From assembly GCA_951406725.2 (NCBI GenBank), contig OX597816.1, forward strand, positions 9,610,001-9,674,000: DNA of 64,000 nucleotides. Reading direction: 5' to 3'. The position numbers and the translations under genes were made by a program. Under the pieces are notes generated by a model that saw only the letters and a program-made list of their open reading frames with translations, was not told the DNA's origin and made no database searches. This stretch comes from Octopus vulgaris. Taxonomy: Eukaryota. This document shows, piece by piece, positions 36,708-49,531 of the stretch; the stretch's first letter is position 1, and every line of letters starts with the position of its first letter.

Positions 36708-37965
36708 TATGTATATATATATAATGATAAATATATTTTATCATTATTATGATATATACTAAATGTATTTCTTCTAATATATTTCCAGTATGTACTGTCA
36801 ATTTGTTTAAAGTAGAAAGATTAGTTAATACTATTAAGTTCTAATTAATCCAATACTGACATACAACAAAATAACAAAATATAATGATAAACATATCCTT
36901 TACAATGAAGAATAATGTGGAAAAGATAGCAATATAAATATATGAATATATATGCATGTATACATGTATGTATTTATGTATGTGTGTGTGTATATATATA
37001 TATAATGAAATCAAAGTATTTGTAACTTGTAACCAGACTAAGAAAGAAAAAGTATGATGAAATAATTAAATTCTATAGGTAATAATGAATGAGTAATTAG
37101 TTGATGTCTAAACAACATCAAAATGTGTTGAATTATGATAAAAATCTCAAGAAAGGAAAATAAGAATGTTCAGCTGAGGGATAAAAGATATAGTTTAGCA
37201 TCTTGTTTTCTTAAGACTGATGACCAACTCTTGCTCTCTCTCACTCTCTTTATCTCTTTCTCACTGTGTCTCCTAAAATACATTAAAAAAAAAAAACAGT
37301 GATGGAATACACACACAGGAAAAGACAGAAAGAATGGACAAGTAGCAGAAAAAGAAGTACAACAATTGACTTAAAGAGAAGAGACAATACATACCATTTA
37401 GTGAACAGGAAACTATCATGCAGAAGGTTTTTAAAAGTGATAAGAAGTGTGAAAGACTTGTGAAATGTTCATGAAGTCAATAAATGCTGTTCACAAGAAC
37501 AAATAAAATGACTATAGGAAAAAGGGAAAGAAAAAGTAAAAAAGAAGAGTGCAAGAAAATATATGGATGGACAGCTGAGGTTAAAGATTTCTTTCTCCTT
37601 ATAATAGGATGATTGTATTATGGCATAAGTCATGTATGTGAGACTGTATATTTATAATCGTAAAACAGAAAACAGATAAGAAATCAATGTTGAATAGGTA
37701 GAAATGTCACTTCAGTGGCAACTGCGAGTAAACTAGAGATGACGGATGAAATTACAGGTATCAGAAAGGTGTTACAAAGATTTATTGTGTAGAAGGGACA
37801 TAGAAGGAATAATGATAATGATAGAAGGAGAGGAGAAGAAGGCAGAAAAAGATGCTTGGTTAGAAAGCATTAAGATGAGAGCAAGTAAGGTTATGTATTA
37901 AGAAAAGGAATATTTGAGGAGAGGCAGAAAGAATTCTATAATACTATCTAAGAAATAAAGAAAAG

Positions 37966-38590
37966 GCTCCATGATTGGGAAGTTTGCTTGTCACCTATAT
38001 GGTTTTGAGTTCAGTCCCACTGCATAGCAATTTGGGTAGGTGTCATATATATTTCTTTACTGCCCACAAGGGGCTAAACATAGAGGGGACGAACAAGGAC
38101 AGACAAAGGGATTAAGTTGATTACATCGACCCCAGTGCGAAACTGGTACTTTATTTATCGACCCCGAAAGGATGAAAGGCAAAGTCAACCTCGGCAGAAT
38201 TTGAACTCAGAACGTAACAACAGACGAAATACCGCTAAGCATTTCGCCCGGCGCGCTAACGTTTCTGCCAGCTGTCATATACTGTAGCCTTGAGCCAACC
38301 GAAATCTTGTGGGTGGATTTGGTAGACAGAAACTATAAGAAGCCTATTATATATGTTTGTGTGTGCATGTGAGTAAGCTTGTTTCACCTTGTCTTCACAG
38401 CATGAGCGTCACATGAGAAGTGTTATTTGTTTCCAGTTTTCTGTGAAACCATATGTGGCTAAGAGGAAAATATTACCTTATTTGGAAACAGATGCGATGA
38501 AAGTTGATAACAGGAATGGCATGTGGCCATAGAAAATCTACATTAACAAATCCCATCAAATGCATGCCTGCATGCATGCATGATGATGAA
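37966..38590 (+). mobile_element. SINE family B host, interrupted at 38050-38272
   Basis: Head ...gagttcagtcccactgcatagcaatttgggtaggtgtc resumes after the insert with actgtagccttgagccaaccgaaa; RTE-like tail caggaatggcatgtggccatagaaa...catgatgatg. Confidence 0.75.
38050..38272 (-). mobile_element. SINE family C, young nested copy with 9-bp TSD
   Basis: tgtcatata at 38041-38049 and 38273-38281; CpG-rich head; ttatcgaccccgaaaggatgaaaggcaaagtc core. Confidence 0.92.
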
Positions 38591-39235
38591 CTCACCTAAG
38601 AAAATGGATGTGAAAATGTGGATAGGGCAACTAATGAGGGTTTTCATGAATGAAATATCCTTACATACTAGCTGGTTTAAAATAGAGTTTGTATTAGTTT
38701 ACACTTGGAACTTTTATATATTCTACACTAATAAAACATAAACCAAAATTAAAATATCATTATGTTCTATGGTACAATGTGAGTTGCTAAGGTCAGTCAC
38801 TGAGAGGTTAACAGTTAATTATGTATGTCTAACACTCCTTGGACACCTACTCTCTGGAATATAAATTACCAAAATTATTTTTAATTATTTTTGATATTTG
38901 CAAATTGTGACAATCCTTTTAAAAGTAAAACTTTATTGATTAATTTTTGATTCATGAAATATAAATTGAATTTTCCTATTTTACATCTGGTTCTTTTCTC
39001 ATACACTCTGGTATGGCTGGGTGTAGAACTTCAAATAGACTTAAAATACCTTGAGGCAGGTGTTTTATAGTCATATATATATATATATATATATGCTTTT
39101 CTGATTTGATAAAGTAATTAAAGTAATTAACTTTATATTACAATAAACATTATTTGGATTTCAAATTCTAAGAAATCTAAATCAATCTCATAAACACATT
39201 CATAAATACGCATACAAATTCTATATATACATTTA

Positions 39236-39751
39236 CTAGCAGTATCGCCCGGCGTTGCTCGGGTTTGTAAGGGAAATAACTATATAAGCATTTTTAGAGA
39301 GTTACTTCCCTTATAGATGCCAATTCGGGCTTTCTTAGCCATTTCTGTTTTGGTGTCTTCAAGCCATGAAGTCGTTGTTCTAAAAGAACGCTGGTCTCCT
39401 TGACAACGCTTTACGACATTGATTTCTTTACACTCCTTCCCCACAGCTTCACGAGGGAGAGAAGAAGGGGGAGAAGCAAACACAGGTGCAGGTGTTTGAC
39501 CATGGACGCCAACTCCGCCGCCATCGACACACGAAAAATTATGCATTAAAATGGAATAAAAAATGATGTTAAATTATTTTTTAAAATCGTAGACTCATCG
39601 TAGACGTGCGCTAATAGCTCAGATGGGCTCGATATTAATCACGACTATAAGATACCCGAATTTGGTTAAACTGCACCGCAAAATGTGGGAGTAGTTAGGA
39701 ATCTAAATCGAAGGGGACAGACACTCACACAACTACAGTTTTATATACATA
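39236..39751 (-). mobile_element. Non-autonomous Helitron
   Basis: Minus-strand 3' end cccgagcaacgccggg (GC hairpin)-cgatactg-CTAG followed by T; 5' end tatataaaactgtagttgtgtgagtgtctgtc; no TIR or TSD; CpG-rich relative to flanks. Confidence 0.85.
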
Positions 39752-39861
39752 TATTACTTAGTATGAGGACGAGAAGACAGTACCATAGCCTTTCCTGGCT
39801 AGTGTGCTCAATTCAGTTACGTTCAACTCAAACTTTTACATATTGATACCTTTAAGTATAG

Positions 39862-40340
<479 letters not shown>

Positions 40341-41003
40341 CATTAAGTGAGAGAAGGAGGGTTAGCATCCATCATGAGTTCTTGAGTTTATATGCTAGTT
40401 AGAGTAGTTCAGAGAGACTTGGAGAAATTGGCAAGAGATATTTTGCACTGAGATAACAGGGATTCTATTGTTCATCCATTCATTATCATCATCAACCTCA
40501 CCATTGTCATACATCTATGCATCCATCTCTCAGTCATCCTCATCATCATCATAGTCATCATCATCCCCATTGCCTCCACCATCATCATCACCACAACCAC
40601 TACTATCATTGTTGTTGTCATCATTGCCATCTTTGTTATCATCATCATCATCATCATCTTATGCCTGTTTTCCATGCTGTCATAAATAGGACTGCTCAAC
40701 AGGACTTAATGGGGAAGAGGATCACATTTTACTCCAGTGTCCCATTATTACTGAATTTCAGGATGGCAAAAATGCCAACTTTCATAAATAAGTTAGAATG
40801 AAGAATATGGTGTATACATTAGAGACAAGAGAAAAGAGTGCCAGTCTGATGTGATAGGTTTAAACATGAATTGATGTTTATGTATATAATTATAAAGATA
40901 GGGGGACTGCTTAGTAGATTGTTATTCATTTTATTATTTTAAGAAGCTTGCAATGAAAATGTGCAGAAGTTATTTATAAGGCTGAAGGTCATGGAAGGAA
41001 TGA

Positions 41004-41231
41004 TTAGCCCTTTAGTGTTCAGATTATTCTATCAAATGTGATGTTTGTTTATTTATATTGTTTTGAATTAATCATGCATTATCTTGTAATTTAGAGATTT
41101 CAGTGATGAGATTTTTTAGTTTTAGAATGACATGGTAGGGCTGAGGTGAGAGGTGAGATCTGGTCAGTTTCAATATGAAACAGGCTAAATATTTTGGCCG
41201 GATATGGCCGGTTTGAATGCTAAAGGGTTAG
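41004..41231 (+). mobile_element. piggyBac-like MITE family 2 with TTAG flanks
   Basis: TIRs ccctttagtgttca and tgaatgctaaaggg; TTAG at 41004-41007 and 41228-41231; colinear with 14986-15206. Confidence 0.85.
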
Positions 41232-41994
41232 TAAAGAAACTGGTTAATATAGGACTAGGGAAGGACAGATGAACCTTAGTAGAAATTGTGAGTGGGTAAT
41301 AGTGATGTACTAAGGTATTGAACTAACATGTTGCTAGTTCAGAAGAACAGAAACTATTGTGGTAATGGTAAAACAGTCAGAGGGAAGACACAAGATATTG
41401 GTGCAATAGTAGAAGTTAACATTGATGAATGGTAAATTGTCGTCTCATTATAGGACCATTATAAAATATTTTTCTAGAATTTCTGCATAATTCCAAACAT
41501 ACTGAACCATATTGTAATATGGGAAGTACTCATGTCTTGTAAAAAAATTATATATGTTTAGAGCTGTAGTACTCAAAGAAAAGCTTAGTTTTTGGAATGT
41601 TACGCACATTTTCATATACTATAAGTACAAGAACATATCCTTCAGTAGTTAGTATCAGATTATCTAAGCCAACCAGATCAGCTAAATATCTTAAAGCTGC
41701 TACCAAGAAGAGCTGCTAAGTCTTTTTATACTAATCTGCGCAAGATCCCCTCTGACTTTAGGATATCCTTCCAAATTCTTATTTTCAAACTTAGCGGTGA
41801 CATAGGCTATGTTTTCCATTAGAACTACAGTTTCAAAACAGGTTAAGGCACTTTGAACCAACTTAATACGACTGTATCAGTTTGTTTTTAAGTTTTACCT
41901 ATGTTATCTTAGAAACCGTTGCTAAAAACTTCCTGTAATCAGACTTTAAAACTAGCATTGCACAAACCAATTATTGAAAACAACACACTAATTT

Positions 41995-42206
41995 CGTTTT
42001 TGGATTTGGTTTGCAAGATTCTTTATATGAGTTCGTGTGTTGAAGCATAGTCTGTTGTGCCTGGGGAGAGTCATTCTCTTTTAGTGCCTTAAGACGCAAC
42101 GAAGATTTTAGAAAATATAAATAAGAAATAAGTGGAAATTTTACCGGTGAGTGTGTTAAATAATAAGGCACTAAAAGAGAATGACTCTCCCCAGACACAA
42201 CATACT
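41995..42206. repeat. Tail-to-tail inverted fragments of a dispersed repeat
   Basis: 42049-42091 pairs with 42164-42206 (~43 bp, few mismatches); the start ttttggatttggtttgcaagatt also occurs at 377-399. Confidence 0.8.
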
Positions 42207-43190
42207 AATTCATCTCCTTTCTAAAGTATGATATCAATTAATTAATTTAATACAATTTAATTTGTTTTAGGAAGTTTTACCTATATTATCTTAGATTTTG
42301 AAAAATTCTTCAGCTAGTTTTTTAGCAACCAACTATTGAATAATAAAAAAATATATACATTCAACTCCTTCCTAAAATACAATATGATAAATACAAAGAA
42401 AAAATAAATAAATAAGTAAATAAAAAGCATTTCATCATATTCTTGGGCAAGTTGGCACAACCTTATACAGTATTTTCCAATAAGTAAAACTTACAATGCC
42501 TTCTAATTGCATTACAATAGTTTCTCCTTTTATAACTTTACAAGTACAACCCTTAATCTTGCAATTCAGTTCATTCCAAGTTTACAATCACTGTTCTTTC
42601 AATAGAATAGTAATTTACCCTGACAACTCGACTCCTTTGTTTGCTTCTCACTCCAATTCAGTCATCGATGTCAGCACAACACTAAGTGCACATAATATAG
42701 TGCTGGTTGACATCTATGATGCATCATTGTTCACATCTACATAAAAATTGTGTGTGCGTGTGTGCATGTGATTTAGGTAGAATTCAAGTGAAAGAAGTTA
42801 AATATTTAGAAGTGTTTGGGTGAGCACAATTGTATACAGGTAAGCTGGTAGTAACTTTCAGTTCAGGTATTTTATGTTGATGATATGACTAATGTCCTAC
42901 AGGGAGGCATTGTCACCAGAACATGCTATATGTGTGTGCATGTGTGTGCGTCCATCAGCCAATGTTATTTTCTGAAGAAAATAAAAGGTTTTAATCAGTT
43001 TGTTAATCATGCAACAGTATCATACTCTTGAGAGATATACAAAGGAACCACTAATAACAGCTTATCTGGAATGAAATAGCAACCAAATTCTCCTTTTAAT
43101 TGCATAATTCAGTCACTAATTAATGAAGAAAATAATGCATTCATACATATGTGCATGTTTGTGTGTGTGTGTGTGTATTATATATATATA

Positions 43191-44109
43191 TCATGATCAC
43201 CATATCGTTTAACGTCCATTTTCCATGCTGGTATGGGTTGGACGGTTCAATCTGATCTGGCAGTGTTTCTACAGTGGGATGCCCTTCCTAACACCAACAC
43301 TCCAAGAGTGTAGTGGGTGCTTTTTATGTGCCACCAGCACAGGGGCCAGAGGAGCTGGCATCGGCCATGATTGGATGGTGGTTTTCACATGCCACTGGCA
43401 CAGAAGCCAGTCAAAGCAGCACTGGCATCAGCTACGTTCGGATGGTGCTTTTTACATGCTACCGGCACAGGGCTCACAACTACAATTTCCATTTAATTTG
43501 ATTTTAATATTGCTAATGATGTTGATGTACTTGACTCAACAGGTCTCCTCAAGCACAGCATGTCGCCCCACTGTCCAAGATACTATTGAGTGGGCTGGTT
43601 ATGCGACACTGGTGTAGGTTACAGCTATGGACTCACTTTATTTGCTGCATCTTCTCAGTTGCAGCATACCTCCAGAGGTCTCTTGAGGCTCAACGTTCAA
43701 AGGTCATGCTTCACCACCTCGTCTCATACCTTCTTGGGTCTCCCTCTACCCCGAATTCCTTCCACTGTTTAAGAGTGGCACTTCTTCACACAGCTCTCCT
43801 TGTTCATCCACAGTACATGACCATACCAATGCAAATGTCTCTCTTGCACTCCACATCCGATGCTTCTTATGTCTAACATTTCTCTCAAGGCACTTACACT
43901 CTGTCATGTGTGCACACTGACATTACACATCCAGCGAATCATGCTAGCTTTGTTTCTTTCAAGCCTACACGTCTTCAGCAGTCACAGCCCATGTTTCACT
44001 GCTGTGAAGCATAGCAGTTCCCACACATGTATCATACAATCTACCTTTCACTTTGAGCAAGAGGCCCTTTTTCACCAGTTAGGGTAGAAGCTTTCTGGAC
44101 TTTGCCCAG
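43191..44109 (-). mobile_element. 5'-truncated RTE LINE (ORF2 C-terminus plus 3' UTR)
   Basis: Minus strand: LKVKGRLYDTCVGTAMLHSSETWAVTAEDV...ASMIRWMCNVSV...QERHLHWYGHVLWM...GRGRPKK; continues into the 3' UTR shared by the many short copies. Confidence 0.93.
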
Positions 44110-44146
44110 ATATATAAAAATACATGGATCAAAACAGTTTGATTAA

Positions 44147-44203
44147 AATTCATTGGTACTCTTGAGTTTCAAGCATGATGCTAGTCGTCAGCCATTTTGA
44201 ATT
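44147..44203 (-). ncRNA. Hammerhead motif, left arm of fold-back
   Basis: ugg-CUGACGA(44191-44185)-cu-agca/uca/ugcu-u-GAAAC-UCAAGA-GUA(44159-44157)-cca. Confidence 0.65.
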
Positions 44204-44205
44204 GA

Positions 44206-44262
44206 AATTCAAAATGGCTGATGACTAGCATCATGCTTGAAACTCAAGAGTACCAACGAATT
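44206..44262 (+). ncRNA. Hammerhead motif, right arm of fold-back
   Basis: ugg-CUGAUGA(44218-44224)-cu-agca/uca/ugcu-u-GAAAC(44239-44243)-UCAAGA-GUA(44250-44252)-cca; distal stem I aauuc/gaauu; host segment runs to ~44342 and then (TA)n. Confidence 0.65.
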
Positions 44263-46061
44263 TGTATCAATCTGTTTTGATCCATACATGTAACTTGAAA
44301 TAGATTTGTTGAATGCCCTTCTTTCATTTGTCCACTCACTCATATATATATATATATATATATATATTCATAAATAGGATGGTCATAACTCAAACAGATT
44401 TAATCATAGTTCTGCTCAACCAGAGCTAACATTACATTAAACAATAACTGAAAGACATAGGCTTTTATAATTGACATCTTACATGAATAAAGGCATCTTT
44501 AGACATGTAAGAGGAATGGGATGTTGTAACCATAACTTTCTTAAGGACCTTAGTGATATAAATGAAATAAAACGCCTCAACAAATCATTAAAATGCTAGC
44601 AACTTACACCTATTCCTTGGCATTCACAAAAACACCTCTAAGTCTTAAACATATTTCACTAAAATTCTGTCAATATATTTGTCTTCTTTCTTTTTATCTC
44701 TTTCTCTGTTTTACATTGAATTTATGATACTTTCCTGAATATGATAGTGCTTGGAGCAATTATTTTTATAGTTGGTTAACTCTCCTGTCTCTAAGCATTC
44801 AACCATGAAGTAAGACTGGAAACTGTAATGGCCAAGAGACATACTGAAGTAAACACAATTATGTGCCTTACTTAAGGTTGCAACACATTGCCTGCCGCCA
44901 TAAGGTTTGAACTCGTGATCTTGTGGTCAGTATTCCACCACATTAACCTTAGAGCCATTTTGCCATACCAATACAATTTTCTCCGTTTCTCTAAGTAACT
45001 AAAATTTGATTGCCTGCACCAACTTTTTCCAGAGCTTCTTTAAAAGATTTTCTTTTTGTTTTGAGTATTTAATTACCAAAACTTTTCTTGAAATTAAACA
45101 AAGCTTTTTTTTTTTTTTTTCCGTGGCAAACATCAAACTTAAAAGCTGACTTCATTAGACAGACATTTTCTGCATCACTACCATTAATTGGTTTACATTT
45201 AAATTATCGTTATCTGACATCACTTTAATTTAGAATTTCTATTATTTTCTAAACTGATTCAAATTGGCTAAACATAGCTTTGATTTTTGTCTAACACATT
45301 TCCTTTACAAGGGACTTTTAACTTTATAAGAACAACTAGTATATCATTTCAATTGTATTATCTATTCATAAATTTGGCAATCACAGGTTGAAAATAGATC
45401 AAAGCCAAGATAACATTAGCATTTTGAATAGAATAATATTATTATTCTTAGTGAAAGTCCCAACCGTAATCAGCCATGAATAATCGCTGAAAATATATAT
45501 ATAACAAAATTACAATCTCATCACAAGTAGGTTACTTGGCTCTCTACCAATACTGACCAGTATGAAGCTTGTATAATCAAAGATTAATTTTATACTTCAA
45601 TTTCTTCCTATTTTCTCTTTTAGTGTACAAAAATAAATATTATTGGGATTTTATAGAAGAAACTGAACAAATATGATCAGACAAATACTTTTTTTCTTTT
45701 TGCTTCGTAAGTTCTTTTTATTGGAGTTAATGAACTTGTTACTGTCACACCATAAAACCGTTGTTGAGAAAATCCATATAGAGACAAAATATATTAAGTC
45801 TAAATGACATAATAGTCAAGTAAATGATAAGTAGAATTCTTGGTCCATACTTAATGGACCCAATTCTGACCTGATAAACTTCTAAGATGTTTTTGGACAG
45901 GACACATTACTCGATTTACCTCATTACATAAGCGATAAACAAATATTGATTTCGCAATGTTAAAGAAATTTGTGTTGGCAAAAGTATTCAGTTACATTCA
46001 GCTACATTCTGTAAATAGCTTTCTTAATACACAGAAAAGAGAAAATAGTTCAGTAGTTGAG

Positions 46062-46463
46062 TTAAACCATATTGATGCCAACCCACTCAAGACTGCTACT
46101 GGCTCTATGATACAAACCTCTTGTTTTAAGTGATCTAAATTAAAACCTTTCATCAAAATTTCATGTTAAATTATGTTCCAAACATCATCTTAATAGTGAT
46201 AGTGATTTTACTAAATTCCACTACAAAAACAGCAGCGATAATAATGGATGACCATAAAAGGTGACTATATAAGACAGTAGAGGATATCGTTAAGTGTAGA
46301 GAATTAGGCTATAAGATGGAAGGAGTTATGCTAAGATATAGTAAATATTTAAGTTCCATGCAGATGAGTCAACTGTTGATAGTGATTTTACTAAATTCTT
46401 CATTATTTTTAAAATTGAAACAAACAGTGTATTTCAACAGAATTTTGGTGACAAAAATATTAA
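46062..46463 (-). mobile_element. Degenerate TTAA MITE interrupted by a ~158-bp insertion
   Basis: Both halves resemble the reverse complement of 48568-48794; 22-bp direct repeat at 46197-46218 and 46377-46398. Confidence 0.75.
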
Positions 46464-47040
46464 GTAGGGAAATCAGTGCCCAGAGGTTCTTAAGATAGAT
46501 CAGTGTGCTCAATTTAGTTGGTGTTCATACAACCGCTCTTGCCTAGCTTTCTGATTAGCTAAAGGTTGCATTATTTTTCTATTCTAAACAAATGGCAAAA
46601 TAACCTCACTGCATTCTACAGTAAATCATTCGACAGTTGACTCATCAGCAGAGGACTTAAATATCTATCATATCTTCACATACCTCCTTCCATCTCATAG
46701 TCTACTTTTTTTCACTTAATGACATCCTCTAGTGTCTTATATAGTTATCTTTTATAGTCATCCATTACAATTGCTGTTGTTTCTGTTGAATATCATTGGG
46801 CAGTTCTAGTTGAATATGGTGTATATGTAGCTGGTCAGTTACTAAGAAATAACCTGTCATGCATTCTACACATGTAAAATGTCAGATGTACAATAAATTT
46901 GGTTGAGCTTCAAAATGATTTTATTCTCTCCCTTTGAAACACAAAAATATTATTTTACTCTGTATATAATGATTTTTAGTTGAAAATTTGCTAGGGTTGG
47001 CTCTATTCCTTCAAAAAATCTTTTTGGAGCCATAAAAAGG

Positions 47041-47235
47041 TCATCATCATCATCAGTGTTTAACATCTGTTTTCCATGCTGGCATAGGTTGGACAGTTTG
47101 ACAGGAGCTTGTCAGCTGGAGAGCTGCACCAAGCTCTAATTGTCTGTTTTGGCATGGTTTCTATAGCTGGATGCTCTTCTCAATGCCAACCACTTTATAG
47201 TGTGTACTGAGTGCCTTTTTATGTGCCGTCGGCAT
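47041..47235 (-). mobile_element. RTE-LINE 3' end
   Basis: (CAT)n-gtttaacatctgttttccatgctggcataggttggacag...gctggatgctcttctcaatgccaaccact. Confidence 0.85.
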
Positions 47236-48567
47236 GTAATATGTATCAGTGATATATTGAAGCTGAATCAATTCTTTAGTTTAAAAGGAACTGTGTTTTT
47301 AAAGAAATGGGAGAAAAAATATATCTATGTACCAGTGGCTATTGAGTGAATGTTTCCTATCAGTCAGACAGCCTTACTTGGATGAGACCAATAATGATGA
47401 GAAGGAAATCTTTCTTGTTTATTATTGAGAAACATCAGATCAAATCTAGGTTTTTTTTTATGCAACACTGGAAAATGTTTATGAACAGGGTAAGTGGATA
47501 TCTGACTGAGAACATAAAAGACAGCTGAGTGTTTTATATAAAAAGAGAATTTATGGAAAGATACAAGATACAAACTTCAATAGCAGACAGCAAGAAGTCG
47601 AAAACTTGAGAATCATTCAAAATGCTAATGATAAGGTAAAAAAACAACATAGAAAAAAGTGAGTTGAGGAAAAAAAATATCTAAAAATCATTCTGGAAGT
47701 TTGATATAAAATTTAGTAGGAAAGTAACTGGATTAAAATGGATTGCCAAATGGTTGATACCAAAAAAATGATTGGAACAAATTGTAAAATTTGGTTGCCA
47801 GGACTTAAAAATGTTGCTATGAAATACTGAATGTTATGTAGTTAATGAATAGGAAAAGAGGAAAAAAAAAGACGTATATATTACAGAGAGGAGTTGTGGA
47901 GGCATGGAGAGATTAACTGTTGTAGAACCAATAAATATTTGTAGAACTTACACATGAAATTATTAAAAACATTTATATTAATACATACATTCCCAGGGAG
48001 TGTTAATGTTTTCAATGTGAAAACATCAAGAAATTTATGCCAAAAGAATATAATATCACTAGACCTTAAAATTTACTCATGTTTTGTACTTAGATGCAAC
48101 ATGAGCATTAAGTGTAAAGGAATTCCTGAGCAAAGCTCATGAAATATTCTTAAGAAGATCTAAAATATGGACAAATATATTTTAGTTGTCACTGTGTAGC
48201 CCCAGGTCAACACTGGTCAAACAATCTATGATGAGAAGCTTCCCATCCATCAATACTCCATCACATTTTTAAGTAAAGTATATCAACGCTACTATTAAAG
48301 CTACTTTATCCAATGTGCCTTTATCTTTTGCTTATGATTGAAAAAGATTTGAGAGAGATTTGGCTGCTATTTCAAGCAGACTGAACAATAATGTAGAGAT
48401 GTGGAGTCACATTTACTTTATTGTGTACTTTAACAGTTTAGAATTTCAGTGACACCAAGATTTATGTCAGCCTACACCTCTTTATAAGGTTTTGAAGCAG
48501 TCATCACAAGATTCAAATCAAAATGCTGAATTTGGAAGTTTCTAGAAATTGAATTCAATTCACATTG

Positions 48568-48794
48568 TTAACCCCTTCATTACTGTATTTGTTTTGAGAT
48601 GCTTTGTTTTCTCTCAATTATTTTAAATATAACAAAGAATTTAGTAAATAACCTAGTTATCATTAAGCTAGTGTTAGGAACATTAATTGTGACCAAGTTT
48701 TGGTGAAAGATTTTAATTCAAAACTTATGAAAACAAGACATTTGTACTACAGGGCCAGAGGCAGTTTCATCCAAGTTAGTGTCAAAAGGGTTAA
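48568..48794 (+). mobile_element. TTAA-flanked piggyBac-like MITE family 1
   Basis: TTAA-cccctt...aaaaggg-TTAA; no ORF. Confidence 0.88.
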
Positions 48795-48823
48795 GGTCCA
48801 CCTTATTATTTCTCTTTCCAACT

Positions 48824-49050
48824 CAAACCCTTTTGTTACCATATTTGTTTTGAGATGCTTTGTTTTCTCTCAATTATTTTAAATATAACAAAGAATTTAG
48901 TAAATAACTTAGTTATCATTAAGCTAGTGTTAGGGACGTTAATTGTGACCAAGTGTTGGTGAAAGATTTTAATTCAAAACTTATGAAAACAAAACATTTG
49001 TACTACAGAGCCAGAGGCGGTTTCAGCCAGGTTGGTAATGAAAGGGTTAA
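48824..49050 (+). mobile_element. Second tandem copy of MITE family 1
   Basis: Colinear and highly similar to 48568-48794; left flank CAAA, right flank TTAA. Confidence 0.88.
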
Positions 49051-49531
49051 GCCAAAATTGCAAACAAGTTGTAAACAAAGATCATAACTGAACAAAACAG
49101 CTTGAAAGAATGCATAACTGCAAATCAAATATTAGTTAACAGAAGTCAACACTCCTCAGCTTCAGCAGGATAAAATAAGTTCGTTATTTTGGGGGATGAA
49201 TTAATCACACAATGTTGTTATATTTGAAATAAACCAATTGAGTTCAAGGTGGACAAGGGTCTCAGTTAGACAAGGTTAATAACAAACAAAAGGTTTTAGT
49301 AGATTCCATGTGACAAATACTTCAGATGAATGTATATGAATTAAGGAAATGTGCATTATTAAACATACTAGTCAATTTACACTTGCACATAAAACACTTT
49401 TATTCTTTTGAGCTTCAGTAATAAAGATGCAATGCATCTTATAGCAGAAATAGCTGTATGGTAATGAAGTTCATTACATAATTTCTTATTCCTTTTGTCA
49501 ATTATCCAATTTCTTATAATTGCCCTATTGA

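Noticed and set aside
40472-40801. His-rich and Met-rich ORFs
   Set aside because: Degenerate (CAT)n tail of an RTE-type 3' fragment on the minus strand.
46610-46655. CUGAUGA on the minus strand within the inverted repeat
   Set aside because: No GAAA or stem II follows. Other isolated CTGATGA hits (~310, 7755, 9770, 33508, 37218) were rejected for the same reason.
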